Program-made: the position numbers and the translations under genes | Part shown: one piece after another, positions 11,159-23,850 of the stretch | How the letters are laid out: every line of letters starts with the position of its first letter | Position numbering within the stretch: the stretch's first letter is position 1 | Assembly: GCA_043228905.1 (NCBI GenBank) | Contig: JBHGNT010000002.1 | Location: forward strand, 11,098,001 to 11,162,000 | Source of the DNA: Azolla caroliniana | Taxonomy: Eukaryota; Plantae; Polypodiophyta | Direction: 5' to 3' | DNA length: 64,000 bases | The notes under the pieces: model-generated | The model's input: only the letters and a program-made list of their open reading frames with translations | The model's database searches: none | What the model was told of the DNA's origin: nothing

Positions 11159-14100
11159 TTGGACAACCCTAGATATGTACAACCTAGTGTGGGTTCCATT
11201 TCTTCCAAGCATGTTAGTAGAGTCTTCTCAGCCCTAGTACAAGTTAGGACACCCAGTTGTCAACTTCAAGTCCAAGCCCTCTTAGATACTGGAGCCAATT
11301 CTTGTTTCATGGATAGAGATTTTGCCCAAAAACACCAAATATCCTTGTATACTCTTCCTTGTCCAGTTTCCGTAGTAGTGATTGATGGACGCCCCATAGC
11401 TTCCGGGAAGATATTTGAAGAGTCTAAGCCAATACACATACTCTTGGGTGATTTAGGATGTGTAGTTTCCTTTAACATAATCCGTAGTCCTGAGCATCCA
11501 ATTATCCTCGGTTTGCCATGGTTCGAGCTACATAACCCTATAATCGATTGGAGGAAGCGAGAAATTAGGTGCCCTTTAGCAGAAAATATCATTGTCAAGG
11601 ATCGAACTCGGGATTATCCTCCCAAAGTATATAGTTCTACCGATGCACCATATCCTTCTCATCAAATTTCAGCCATCACATTGCAACAATTGCACCAAGT
11701 GGGAGGCAAGGAGGACCTTTTCTTATTTGCAGTATCAGTGACACCTTCTAGTGTCACTCAAGGGAATTCAGACATCCAAATTCCCAAAAAATATCAAGAC
11801 TATGCTGATGTTTTCGACAAAGTCAAAGCTAGTGTTCTTCCAAAGCATCGGCCGTACGACTGTCCTATTGATCTCCAACCAGGAAAAGAGCCTCCGTGGG
11901 GTCCGATTTACAATTTATCACCCACTGAGCTTGAGGTTCTTTGAGAATACATCGAGGAAAATCTTGCACATGGGTTTATTCGACATTCAAAGTCTCCAGC
12001 TGGTGCTCCTATCTTTTTTGTGAAGAAAAAGGACGGCTCCCTTCGTTTGGTCGTGGACTATCAAGGCTTAAATAAAGTCACCATAAGGAATAGGTATGCT
12101 TTACCTTTAATCTCCAATCTCTTAGAACGCATTGGTGGGGCAAAGCATTTTATCAAAATTGATCTAAGGGGTGCATATAATCTTGTTCGAATTCGGCCAG
12201 GAGATGAGTGGAAAACAACATTTCGTACTCGGTATGGTCATTTCGAGTATACAGTCATGCCTTTCGGGCTCACAAATGCACCTGCCGTATTCCAACATAT
12301 GGCAAATGACATCTTCCGGGATTTCTTGGATATTTTTCTAATCATCTACCTAGATGATCTATTGATTTACTCTAAAACACAGGGGGAGCATGATATACAT
12401 GTGCGGCAAGTACTTGAACGCCTAAGGAAGTATGGTCTTTACGCCAAACTTGAGAAATGCAGTTTTGATTGCAAACAAGTCGAATTTTTGGGATACACTA
12501 TTTCATCCCAGGGTGTTTTCATGGACCCGGCAAAAGTCCAAACACTATTGGAATGGAAACCCCCATGCTCAGTTCAGGATGTCCAGTGTTTCCTCGGATT
12601 TGCGAACTTCTATCGCAAATTCATACATAATTATTCAAGCATTGTGTTGCCCCTTACTCAACTCACCAAGAAAAATCAAGCATTTTTTTGGAGTATCGAA
12701 GCGGACAAGGCTTTTACGCAGCTAAAAGAGGCATTCACATCAGCACCCATCCTAGCACATATTGATCTTGAAAAGCCATTTACTATTGAGGCGGATGCAT
12801 CAGACTTTGCATTGGGGAGTATCCTATCGCAACCAGGCGAGGACGGGCAGATACATCCAGTCGCGTTTCACTCGAGAAAGTTTACTGTTTCGGAGATAAA
12901 CTATGAGGTGCATGACAATTAGTTACTAGCTGTGGTCGACTCATTCGAGCAATGGTGTCATTTTCTAGAAGGATCACCTCATCAGATTATCATTTATAGT
13001 GATCACAAAAATCTCACATATTTTCAAACAGCTCGAGTATTAAATAGACGACAAGCTCGGTGGGCCCAATTTCTAACGCGTTTCGATTTCAAGATCATTT
13101 TTCGCCCCGGAAAACAACAAGGGAAAGCAGATGCTCTGTCTCGGCGTTCGTATCTAGCACTTCGACCTGGAGATCCGGCCTTTGACAATCAAAAGCAAAC
13201 TCTCCTCGGGCCATCAAAGCTACAGGTAACAACAATTTATGCCACACCACTTGATTCTACCCTTCTTGACACTATTCGGCAACAACTTCATTCGGATGAT
13301 TTTGCTAAGGATGTCTTAGCCCACTGTGGTTCAAGTCGTCCATCTTGCTCCACATTGCCAAGGTCATCTCAACATTATAAGGACTTCAAGTGGCAAGATG
13401 GTTTACTCTTCTACAAGAATCTCCTTTACGTCCCCGACGGATCACCCCGACTTCAAGTGTTGGAACATTGTCATGATACCCCCATGGCTGGACATTTTGG
13501 TATTTCCAAGACCATTGAGCTGGTGAAACGTTCGTTTTGGTGGCCTCACTTGCAAAAATTTGTCAAAGATTATGTTCGCACTTGTGACACCTGTTGTCGC
13601 GCCAAAATACCCCGACATCACCCTTATGGCTTACTACAACCATTACCCCCTCCCAACAAGCCATGGCAGTCTATTTTTATGGATTTCATTACGGATCTGC
13701 CACCTTCCAAAGGCTTTGATACTATTTTAACAGTAGTGGATCGGTTCACCAAGATGGCACATTTTGTACCATGTGTAAAGACCATCAATAGTGAAGAAAC
13801 TACAGATCTCATTATGCGTGAAGTGTTTCGCCATCATGGTCTCCCGAATGATATTATTAGCGATCGAGGTCCTCAATTTATCTCACACTTTTGGAGGCAC
13901 CTATGGGCAGGCCTCAAAATCTCTTGCAAACTCTCTTCGGCTTACCATCCACAAACTGACGGACAAACAGAGCGCACAAATCAAACGCTCGAGCAATATC
14001 TTCGATGTTTCATTAGTTATCAACAAGATGATTGGAGTAAAATTTTACATCTTGCTGAGTTTGCATACAACAACACGGTTCACTCTTCTACCAAAGTTAC

Positions 14101-14760
14101 ACCTTTCTTTGCCTACACCGGCAACCACCCTCGATGGTGTATACTGGATCTTCCCGAGGTGTCACGAAACCCTAGTGCGGCGCGTCACCTCCACCGACTA
14201 CAACAAATCTAGTTCGAGTTATCGTCACATCTTCAGAAAGTGCAAGCACACCATAAGACCAATGCCGATCGACATCGTCTTAAGTCTCCGTTTAAGGTTG
14301 GTGACCGTGTATGGTTGCTTCGTCGTCACATCAAGACTACCCGACCGTGTGCTAAGCTTGACTATCAACGCTTAGGTCCTTTTGTCATCACGGCGCAGAT
14401 TAATGATGCAACATTTCGTCTTAACCTTCCTGCACATATGCGGCTTCACCCTGTCTTTCATAGCTCTCTTTTGGAACCTTGCCACACCTCTTTAATTCCT
14501 GATCGTGCCGTGCCACCACCGCCTTCTGTACAACTTGTGGACGGCCCCGAATACGAGGCAGCTGCTATTCTCGATTCTAAGATTGTGCGCAATAAGCTTT
14601 ATTATCTAGTTGATTGGCTTGGTTATCCTCCGAGTGATCGCACTTGGGAACCCATCGATAACGTTTGTAATGCTGAAGCTCTGGTCAACGACTTCCATCG
14701 TCAGTATCCAAACAAGCCCGGCCCAACAATGTTAACGCCGACTTCCACTCGGCGTTCTCG
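11159..14760 (+). pseudogene. pol: Element A pol (PR-RT-RH-IN-chromodomain) in the -1 frame relative to gag; stops at 11942, 12920 and 14210
   Basis: LLDTGA, YLDD, EADASD, integrase, RLGPF, EYEAAAILDS..YLVDWLGY...TWEP. Confidence 0.95.
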
Positions 14761-14772
14761 AAGGAGGGATAG

Positions 14773-15181
14773 TGTCATGAACACATGACCATTATGGCGT
14801 CACCCGGACTTGAACCTCGAACCTTGTAATTCATACTTGAAAACCTCAACCATTAAGATAGCTTATTGTTATATGAAACAATAAAAGCTACTTCTTGTAT
14901 TACATTGATTATTGTAAAAACTCTAGATTATTCTAGAATGTTCTAGAATGTCCTAGAGCATTCTAGGTCTAGAACATTCTAGAACATTCTAGAAATCTCT
15001 AAGCTATTCTATAGGAACCTATAAATAAGTGCATACATGTATTCTCAAATCAATTCGAATCAACACCAGTCTTTAGCTCTCATTACATATCTTGTATCCA
15101 TTCTCTTTCTTTCTCTATCTTATACATCCATTCTTCTCTATCCTTCTTCCATCACTCTATCTTTTATCCTTGGTTCTGACA
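14773..15181 (+). repeat. Element A 3' LTR
   Basis: Direct repeat of 1658-2066. Confidence 0.95.
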
Positions 15182-15303
15182 CTAGAGAGGTAAGTCTCCT
15201 TCCCCCTTCCCTTTTGTGTTTGAGCACCAAACGATCCAGCAGACCACGATCCGGCCCGCACATAAGGAGAGCCCAAGTGCCTTCTTCACGTTTTCTTAGC
15301 ACC

Positions 15304-17297
15304 TAGTACGTAGGTATATTTTTGGGAGTTAGTGTTAGTCGCTCATATGAGCATTGAAGTACTTGTCAGTACTTCTGTTTGTCCTTTATGTACTTGTATA
15401 AAAGTTCTCTTTGAGCACATTCTATGTATAGAGTGATATACAAAGTGTCAACCACTGGAGGCTACAAGATCTGCAATCGAAACAAGTTGTGTTCAGAATG
15501 CCGAAGTTTAGTGGTCGGAAGGCCAAAATGTGTGAAGCGTGACAACTCGGGAAGCAACACCGGCTTCCATTCCCCACTGAACGAAATCGGAGTCGTAACA
15601 AGCTCGACTTAATCCATTTGGATGTATGGGGACCTACACAAAACGTTAGTCTTGGCGAGAGTCGGTATTTCATCTCCTTCATCGACGACTACAGTCAGCA
15701 CACGGGGATCTCCCTCATCGAGAAGTAAAGCGAAGTCTTCACCTGTTTCCGGAACCTTCAAAGCTTAGTTGAACGGGAAACAGAGAGGAGGATAAAGTGC
15801 TAGCGGTCGGATGGCAAAAAAGAAAACTTTTTCGGCCAATTCAACTATTATCTGCAGTAGAACAGAATTCGGAGAGAATTCAGCAGCCGATACACACTGG
15901 AAGAAAACGGTGTGGCCGAGAGAAAGAACCGGTCGATTGTCGAAGCAGCAAGGGCAATGCTAGAGGAGAAGAGCATGCCCAAATTCTAATGGCCTGAGGT
16001 GATCTGGACGGTCGTCTAGATCCGAAACCGGATCGGTGACACAATGTCAACACATGAGCTGTATTTCGGGCGGAAGCCGAATTTGAGACACCTTTGGATA
16101 TTTGGAACCATAGCATATGTGCTTGTACCGGATGAGAAGCGGAGGAAGCTAGATCCGAAGTTGGAGAAGTGCATCCTAGTCGGTTACTTGCATGAGTAGA
16201 TGGGGTATAAGTGTTATAACCCCCAGACTAAACAGGTCTGAGTAAGCCAAGATGTCCAGTTTGATGAGTCAGAATCATGGTACTCTACTGATTGCAACCT
16301 CCGACTCCGACCCAATTCTGGAAGATGAGGCTACTGAACCTGAGGAGGTCCAAGTAGAAGATGAAGACTTCGGCACTCTAGATTGAAAGAGAGAGAGATT
16401 GAGATAAGATAGAATGCTTGACTTTAGATTGAGAGAGATTGAAATTGAGAGAGAGATTAAGATTGAACTCTTGACTTTAGATTTGAAGAACAAGATATAT
16501 CATCAATTGGATAACGAATTTTCTTCTTAGTAAATTGTTGATTCATACATCGCTCCGTTTTGATCTTTTTCATCGGCTCTTTTATAGATGCCCCCATGCA
16601 TATGATACATGTGAGGATAGAAGACATGCATACAATGCATGGAATGCATGTGATGCATATTTGCCATTTGGCGCTCATGCATTACATGTGATGCATGATA
16701 ACCATGTCACTCATTCAAGCTCTAATATGAGAATTTACATGTGACAGTATAATGATAGAAAAAGTATTTCTAGAGAAATGACTTGGTTTAGTGGTAAGTC
16801 TACTGCTATTTATCTTGGAGGTGTACGGTTCAAGCCTTGCTTGCATCCCTTTTTACTAGATTTTTTAGTCTAGATGATTTTGTTCGTTTCACACCGAAAT
16901 CGTCGCGATCAAACTATCCGATCGATCCATCTATCCGGTCCATCTGGTCCGCATTGGACCCGGTGGCCCGGTCTATCCGGTTCAGTTCCAGTGTCGGTGC
17001 CGGTGCCGGTGCCGGTTTGGTCTCCGTCCCCATCCGGTTCCGGTTCCGGTTAAGTGGGCCGAATGAGCGGTTGTGTCGGTATGACTAGGTGGGTGAAGAA
17101 CCAACAAGTAGTGGAGACTCTGTCATGCTTTCCCTGCGCAAGGAACCGAGGAGACGGTTCACGTGCAAAGAGAAGGGGAAGAAGAAGATGCCAGAATATG
17201 ATATCAGCAGTGAAGGGTCGGATCGGAGCAAATCTAACCCCGGAAAGGACGAAGGCGGATCTTCAGAAAGGAAGTCCAAACCGGCCATTGAAGGGCC
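15304..17297 (+). mobile_element. Deleted copia fragment (partial LTR fused to integrase) containing a family-D LTR; copy of about 42560-44465 (-)
   Basis: Same deletion junction GTGATATAC/A.AGTGTCAACC as about 44330-44345 (-); integrase DVWGP...FIDD remnants. Confidence 0.8.
16384..16893 (-). mobile_element. Family-D LTR-like insertion (copies at about 21375-21880 and 42962-43470)
   Basis: Begins TGTGAAAC on the minus strand and interrupts a copia; tRNA-like boxes TGGTTTAGTGG 16784-16794 and GGTTCAAGCCT 16827-16837; no TSD recovered. Confidence 0.6.
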
Positions 17298-18446
17298 TCA
17301 AACAGCAACAACGTTTAGTAAATTGATTATGTATTTACTATGGAGGACCATGGAATATCGCAGTGACTGTCCACATAGGCCAAGAAGATAGGTAAATCAA
17401 ATAGTAGCTTGTATTAAACCCGATTCTATGTTAGTAGGAGTGTCTGCTAGTCCTAATAGTACTAATAGCCCAAGTCTATCGAACAAACTTGAAGTCATTA
17501 GTTAGTTAGACGAAGTGTTAAATGACTAAGTCCAACCAAAATAGGAGTTGTTTGGTTGGACAACCCTAGATCTATGCAACCCATTAGTGGTTCCATTCCC
17601 TCAAAGCAAGTTAGCAATGTGTTCTTAGCTCAAGTAACAATTAGTGCTAAAAGTACCCCTCGAGTATATGTCTTAGCACTCTTAGATTCCGGAGCTCATT
17701 CTTGCTTCATAGATTGGAATTTTGGCCAAGCTCATTAGTTATCCCTAAGAAAGCTTCCTTGCCCAGCATCTGCAATAGTCATTGATGGTCAGGTCACCCC
17801 ATTGCTTCCTCAAATATCTAGAAGAGTTAGAGCCAATTTAGGTTGTCCTAGATAAATTGGTGTGTGTACTATCATTTAATATAATTAGTAGTCCAGAGCA
17901 TCCAATTGTCGTGGGGTTACCATAGTTCTAATTACATAACCTAGACATAGATTGGAGAACAAGAGAAATCTGGTATCGAAAAACCCGAGGATCTACTCAT
18001 CAAATTTCAACCATTTCGCTACATCAACTACGTGAGGAAAGGAATCAATGTTTGTATTTGCAGTATCAATAAACCTTCTAACATCACTAAAGAGGAATCC
18101 ATAGTTCAACTTCCAGAGAAGTATCAATATTATGCCGATGTGTTTGATAAGGTACAAGCCAGTAATCTTCCTCACCATCGACTGTATGATTATCCCATTT
18201 ATTTACAACCATGAGAAGAGCCACCATGGGGACTGATCTACAACTTGTCACCAACTGAATGAGAAGTCCTTCGAGCTTACAAAGAGGAGAATTTCACAAA
18301 CAGGTTCATTCGACATTCGAAATCTCTAGCCGGCACACCCATTTTCTTTGTGAAGAAAAAGGATGGATCACTTCGTGACGTCATGGATTACCGTGACTTC
18401 GGGAACATGATCTTTATGCAAAAATGGAAAAATGTAGTTTTGGGTG
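17298..18446 (+). pseudogene. Tcn1-like gag end / protease / RT fragment; copy of about 44638-45770 (-)
   Basis: [23 protein letters not shown]; ends at GGGTG, the copia target site. Confidence 0.85.
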
Positions 18447-21372
18447 TGTTAAGTGAGCAAGCTCAATCGGATCCGAATTGGTTGAATAAGCCAGAGCCGT
18501 TTCGGTATCTGGAACAGAGAACCATATCGGTGTGCGGATGATATCCAGAATCAGGAGGCGGATTGAAGAGCCGGATCGGATTGAAACCGGTAGGACATTA
18601 GAGGCCTATGGATCCAGCCTAGTACGTAGTCATATTTTTGGGAGTTAGTGTCTGTCAGTATTGAAGTACCTGTCAGTATTTCTGTCAATCCTTTATGGAC
18701 TTGTATAAACATGCTCTCTGAGCACATTCTATGTATAGAGTGATATACTGAGTGTTATGAATTTTTTAATAGAGTTTACATTCTGCTCTCTCTTTGTCTC
18801 TCCTGTGTACGCGTACTCTCTGTGTTGTTAACTTTTCTTCTCATCTTCTGTTGCTATCCGGCTTAGCCGGTCTGTTGAACGCTTCCGCACGTTTACTTTG
18901 ACATGGCATCAGAGCGCGAGGGTTCAGAGCCTTTGCAGCCAACAGACGCTTTGGTGACAGACGCTAATACCTGGCAACAACAAACAGAGAACCGAAATGG
19001 ACAGAGGTATGGCAAGTTCGCTTCCTACAGAGAAGCTCGACCAGAGCAACTATGCATCCTGGTCATATAAAATGCTCCAATACCTGTTGGGGCATGGATA
19101 TTGGAGCTATGTGGAAGGAACCAATGAGGTAGCACCGGAGTCGGCACACAAGAACTTCTCAGCATGGGAGCAAGGAATGAGCCGAGTATTGTACTACCTT
19201 GCGTCCGGTGTGCACGATCAGATGCTCAGCTACATCAAAGATGCAAAAACGTCAAAGGAGGCCTGGGAAAATCTCCAGAAGATTTTCGCCGGTAGAACCA
19301 TGACACGAAAGTTGCAACTCCGACCAGAGCTCAACAATATCTAACAGAGGGATATGTCCATGACCGACTACGCCACCAAGATAAAGGAGATCTGCGATGC
19401 GCTCGGGTCCATCAACGTGATGGTCGACGAAGACGAAATGGTTCAAATCTGCCTCGTTGGTCTAGCAGAACGGTACAAACCAATTCGGACAATGATCTGC
19501 ATGCAGGAGAAACCACCGTCCTTCTTTGACTTACAATCAATGTTGATGGTTGAAGAATGCCACGTGAGTGGGTCGAGGACCACTCAACCGGACAACCAAA
19601 TGTTGTACAGGGAGGCGGATCAACCCCGTGGGCATGGAGAATGAGGTGGGTTAGCACACAATGGAGGAGGTCGAGAAGAGCAGAACCGACGGCAAGGAGA
19701 CGGTGCCGACAGCAGTTCCTGACCCTCCACAAGTAGGGGGAGTCAAGTCAGAGCCGAAAACCGGCAATCTAAGGCCACCATGGAATGTTGGTATTGTGGC
19801 AAGAAAGGCCACACAGAGAGCGAGTGCTGAAAGAAGCGATCCGATTCGGACAAATCCGTATCTAGCAAAGCTGATCAAGAAAATCGGCCAAGATCGCACT
19901 ACGCAGAAGGATCAGACAGATTTGGAACTGGGAAGAACAGTAAAGGGCCAACCTTCGTGATGAAGCACAAGGCTAACTCGATGAAGAAGAATACAACTTC
20001 CAAATCAGAGGAAGTATGGTATGTTGATTCCGAAGCATCCAACCACATGACGAGCGATGAAGAGTGGTTCTCATTTTTAGAGAAACCAGAACAACCGAGG
20101 ATTGTCAAACCGGAGACGACACCCCTCACCCAATTGTGAATGTCGGAGAGGTCCCTTTAAGCCATGTCCAACAAAAGGGAAAGCTGATGAACGTATTACA
20201 TGTTCCGACTATCACAAAGAACCTGGTATTAGTCAGACAAATAGTCGACCAGGGAATGCAGGTGTGGTTTGCGCACCTCGGGTACTTCATCGAAAAAGAA
20301 GGCTAGATCATTGTGCAAGGGCGTAGAGAAGGGAGGATGTTCATCCTCAACAATAATGACGTCAATACCGCCATGTTTGCCAAAGGACAGAAGGTTGAGT
20401 CGGATATCGATCTCTGGCATAAGCAGATCGGGCACATCAACTATCGCAGGCTTCAAGATCTGCAATCGAAACAAGTTGTGTTTAGATTGCCGAAGTTTAG
20501 TGGCCGGAAGGCCCAAATGTGTGAAGCCTGCCAAGTCGGGAAACAACACCAGCTTCCATTTCCCATTGAACAAAACCGGAGTCGTAACAAGCTCGACTTA
20601 ATCCATTCAGATGTATGGGGACCGACACAAAACGTTAGTCTTGGCGGGAGTCGGTATTTTTTCTCCTTCATTGACGACTACAGTTGGCACACGGGAATCT
20701 ACCTCATCGAGAAGAAAAGCGAAGTCTTCGACTGTTTCTGGAACCTTCAAAGCTTAATTGAACGGGAAACGGAGAGGAGGATAAAGTGCTTGCGGTCGAA
20801 TGGCAGAAAAGAATACTTTTTCAGCCATTTCAACTATTATCTGTAGCAGAGCGGAATTCGGAGAGAATTCAACTGCCGATACACACCGGAAGAAAACGGT
20901 GTGACCGAGAGAAAGAACTGGTCGATTTTCGACACGGCAAGAGCAATGGTAGAGGAGATGAGCATGCCCAAATTCTATTGGGCTAAGCTGATCCGGACGG
21001 CCGTCTAGATCCAAAAACGGATCCGTGATAGGGTGTCAGCACATGAGTTGTATTTCGGGTGGAAGCCGAATTTGAGACACCTTTGGATATTTGGAACCAT
21101 AACATATGTGCATGTACCGGATGAGAAGCGGAGGAAGCTAGATCCGAAGTCGGAGAAGTGCATCCTAGTCAGTTACTTGGATCAGTAAAAGGGGTATAAG
21201 TGTTATAACCCCCTGACTAAACAAGTCCGAGTAAGCCGAGATGTCAAGTTTGATGAATCAGAATCATGGTTCTCTCTACTGACTCCAACATCTGACTTTG
21301 ACCCAATTCCGGAGGATGAGGCTAGTGAGCTTGAGGAGGTCCATGTAGAAGATGAAGACTTCGGCACTCTAG
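18447..21372 (+). mobile_element. Copia element 5' half: LTR 18447-18903, PBS 18904-18915, degenerate gag-PR-IN
   Basis: TGTT...GACA; TGGCATCAGAGC; EKLDQSNYASW, CWYCGKKGH..SEC, WYVDSEASNHM, LWHKQIGH..CEAC, HSDVWGP. Confidence 0.9.
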
Positions 21373-21949
21373 ATTGAAAGAGAGAGAGATTGAGATAAGA
21401 TAGAATGCTTGATTTTAGATTGAGAGAGAGATTAAGATTGAACCCTTGACTTTAGATTTGAAGAACAAGATATATCATCAATTGGATAATGAATTTTCTT
21501 CTTAGTATATTCTTGATTCATACATCTCTCCCTTTTGATCTTTTTCATCGACTCTTTTATAGATGCCCCCATGCATATGATACATGTGAGGTTACAAAAC
21601 ATGCATACAATGTTTGGAATGCATGTGATGCATGTTTGCCATTTGGCGCTCATGCATTACACGTGATGCATGATAACCATGTCACTCATTCAAGCTCTAA
21701 TATGAGAATTTACATGTGAAAGTATAATGATAGAAAAAGTATTTCTAGAGAAATGACTTGGCTTAGTGATAAGTTTACTACCTTTATTCTTGGAGGTGTA
21801 GGGTTCAAGCTTTCCTTGCATCCCTTTGTGTACAAATTTTTACTAGGTTTTTTAGTCTAGAGGATTTTGTTCGTTTCACACCGAAATCGTCGCGATCAAA
21901 CTATCTGATTGATCCATCTATTTGGTCCATCCGGTCCGCATCCGACCTG

Positions 21950-22612
21950 GAACGATGTCGTACCTCGCGTCTCAACCTTAACACTGCTAAATGCGCATTT
22001 GGTGTCACCAGTGGAGCTCTGCTGGGTCACATCATGAGCAAGGAGGGGATCACGGAGATCCCAACAAAATTAAGGCTATCGTGGAAACAAAAACTCCCAA
22101 CAACGCAAAAGTTCTTAGTCGCTTCCTCGGGCAAATACATTGGCACATCCATATGTTACGATATTTGGCGGATTTCGCAACCCCCCTACATGCCCCAGTA
22201 CTCCATTCAAATGGAAGACAATAGAAGACAAGCCATATGAGGCACTAAAAGTCATGTTGACCCAACCACCCGTTGTACAACCCCCAGACTGGTCCAAATC
22301 ATTCCATGTATTCGTGGATGCCGCCAACATCGCAATCGGCAGCGCACTAATCCAGCTTACCGAGCCTAGTTGGTACTAGCTGGTATACTACTTCAATCGC
22401 AAATTATATGACGTGGAACGGAACTATTCAACGATAGAGCATGAAGCCCTTGGAATGATCTACTACATAAATAAATTTCGATATTACTTATTAGGGCGAA
22501 AATTCAGGTTTCATGTGGACCACGCGGCACTACTCTACTTAGTCAAGAAACAGGCATTAACGGGGAAATTAGCCAGATGGATGCTGCTACGCCAGGAATT
22601 CGAATTCACAAT
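21950..22612 (+). pseudogene. Non-chromoviral gypsy (Athila/Tat-like) RT end and RNase H fragment
   Basis: PPDWSKSFHVFVDA, ERNYST.E.EAL, KFRYYLLG..F.FHVDH.AL, LARW. Confidence 0.85.
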
Positions 22613-22614
22613 CC

Positions 22615-23848
22615 TATGCGGAAAATAGTGCTCAGCCACAACCGAGTCCTAAACATTGAATGGAAGAAAACAAACTAACATAGAGGTGACACAAGATGTT
22701 TATGTGGAAACCCTAAATGGGAAAAACCACAGGAGCCCACGGACTCCAACTATCACTATGAGGGGAGGAATACAATGTGAGACTCAGAGGCAACGACCTC
22801 GAGCTTTATGTCTTCGCCAACCGACAGTTTCAAAAGAAATCGTTATGTGTGTCTGTGTGTCTGTGTCTCTCTCTCTCTCACTATGTACACAGTCTATCAA
22901 CAACTCTCATAATACATCACACATAAAGTTATTTCCCTAAGTCGTATTTATATTTATATGACTTTAGAAATATTTACAAATATAGCCTCGATGGGCTCCC
23001 TATGAAAACATGTTTACAGATATGTTCTTGGATCCTGTTGGCACTGGATCCATCCGAATTCACTCGATCCGGTTTCCCGGTCTAATCTGGAACCCTTCCA
23101 GATCCGGTTTCTGACAGGAACTACACGCTCCCGATGAACAACGCCCGGCCACAACTGAGCTTAGAATCAAAACACAGAAAAAAAGCGGGGAATGAATGCA
23201 CGACACAATGGAGAGAAGAGAACACAGGATGTTAACGTGGAAAACCCAAACTAGGGAAAAAACCACGGGCAGCCCACAAACTGCAAACTATCACTATGTC
23301 AGAATGTACAAATGGTAAAGCACCGAAGCAACGACCTCAAGCTTTCTATCTTCGCCACAGGCGGCGGTTACAACAGAGGCAACGACCTCTTCCTCTCTCT
23401 CACTCTCTCTGTACACAGTTACACGCTCTAATCTTACGCCAACAAGAATGACAACATCACTATGAAAGAGTTTGCCCTAAGTCATATTTATACTAATATG
23501 ACTTTTCGGCTATTTACAAATATAGCCCCGATGGACTCTCAAAAAACATATTTACGAATATACCCTTCATCCGGTGAGCAGTCCTCACCGGGCCTACATC
23601 ATTCGGCTCTTGCCGGGTACTCCTCATCCGGTTCTCACCGGGTCTTCACCATCCGGCTCTTGCCGGGTATTGCTCATCCGATTCTCAACGGGTATTCCGT
23701 TGCCAGGTCTTACACATCTGGTTTCGGCCTCGGCCGAGTTTACTCATCAGTACTGTTCTTCTCACTTCCCATCTGGAGGGACCTGTTTCCTAACAATTTC
23801 TTCATCCGGCTTGTCCGGTTCTCATCTGGAGGGATCAAATTCCCACCA
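22615..23848 (-). repeat. Two tandem copia LTR-like units, including the 3' LTR of the minus-strand copia
   Basis: GTGGAAA(A)CCC...GG(G)AAAAACCAC motif at about 22705 and 23238; PPT complement CTCTCCCTTC 23851-23860; left boundary approximate. Confidence 0.6.
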
Positions 23849-23850
23849 AA

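Larger units (their letters stand above)
1658..15181 (+). mobile_element. Element A: Ty3/gypsy chromovirus, Tcn1/sushi-like, full length with two nested insertions
   Basis: 409-bp LTRs 1658-2066 and 14773-15181 (about 3 differences); TSD CTAGA 1653-1657/15182-15186; PPT AAGGAGGGATAG 14761-14772; gag-PR-RT-RH-IN-chromodomain order. Confidence 0.95.
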
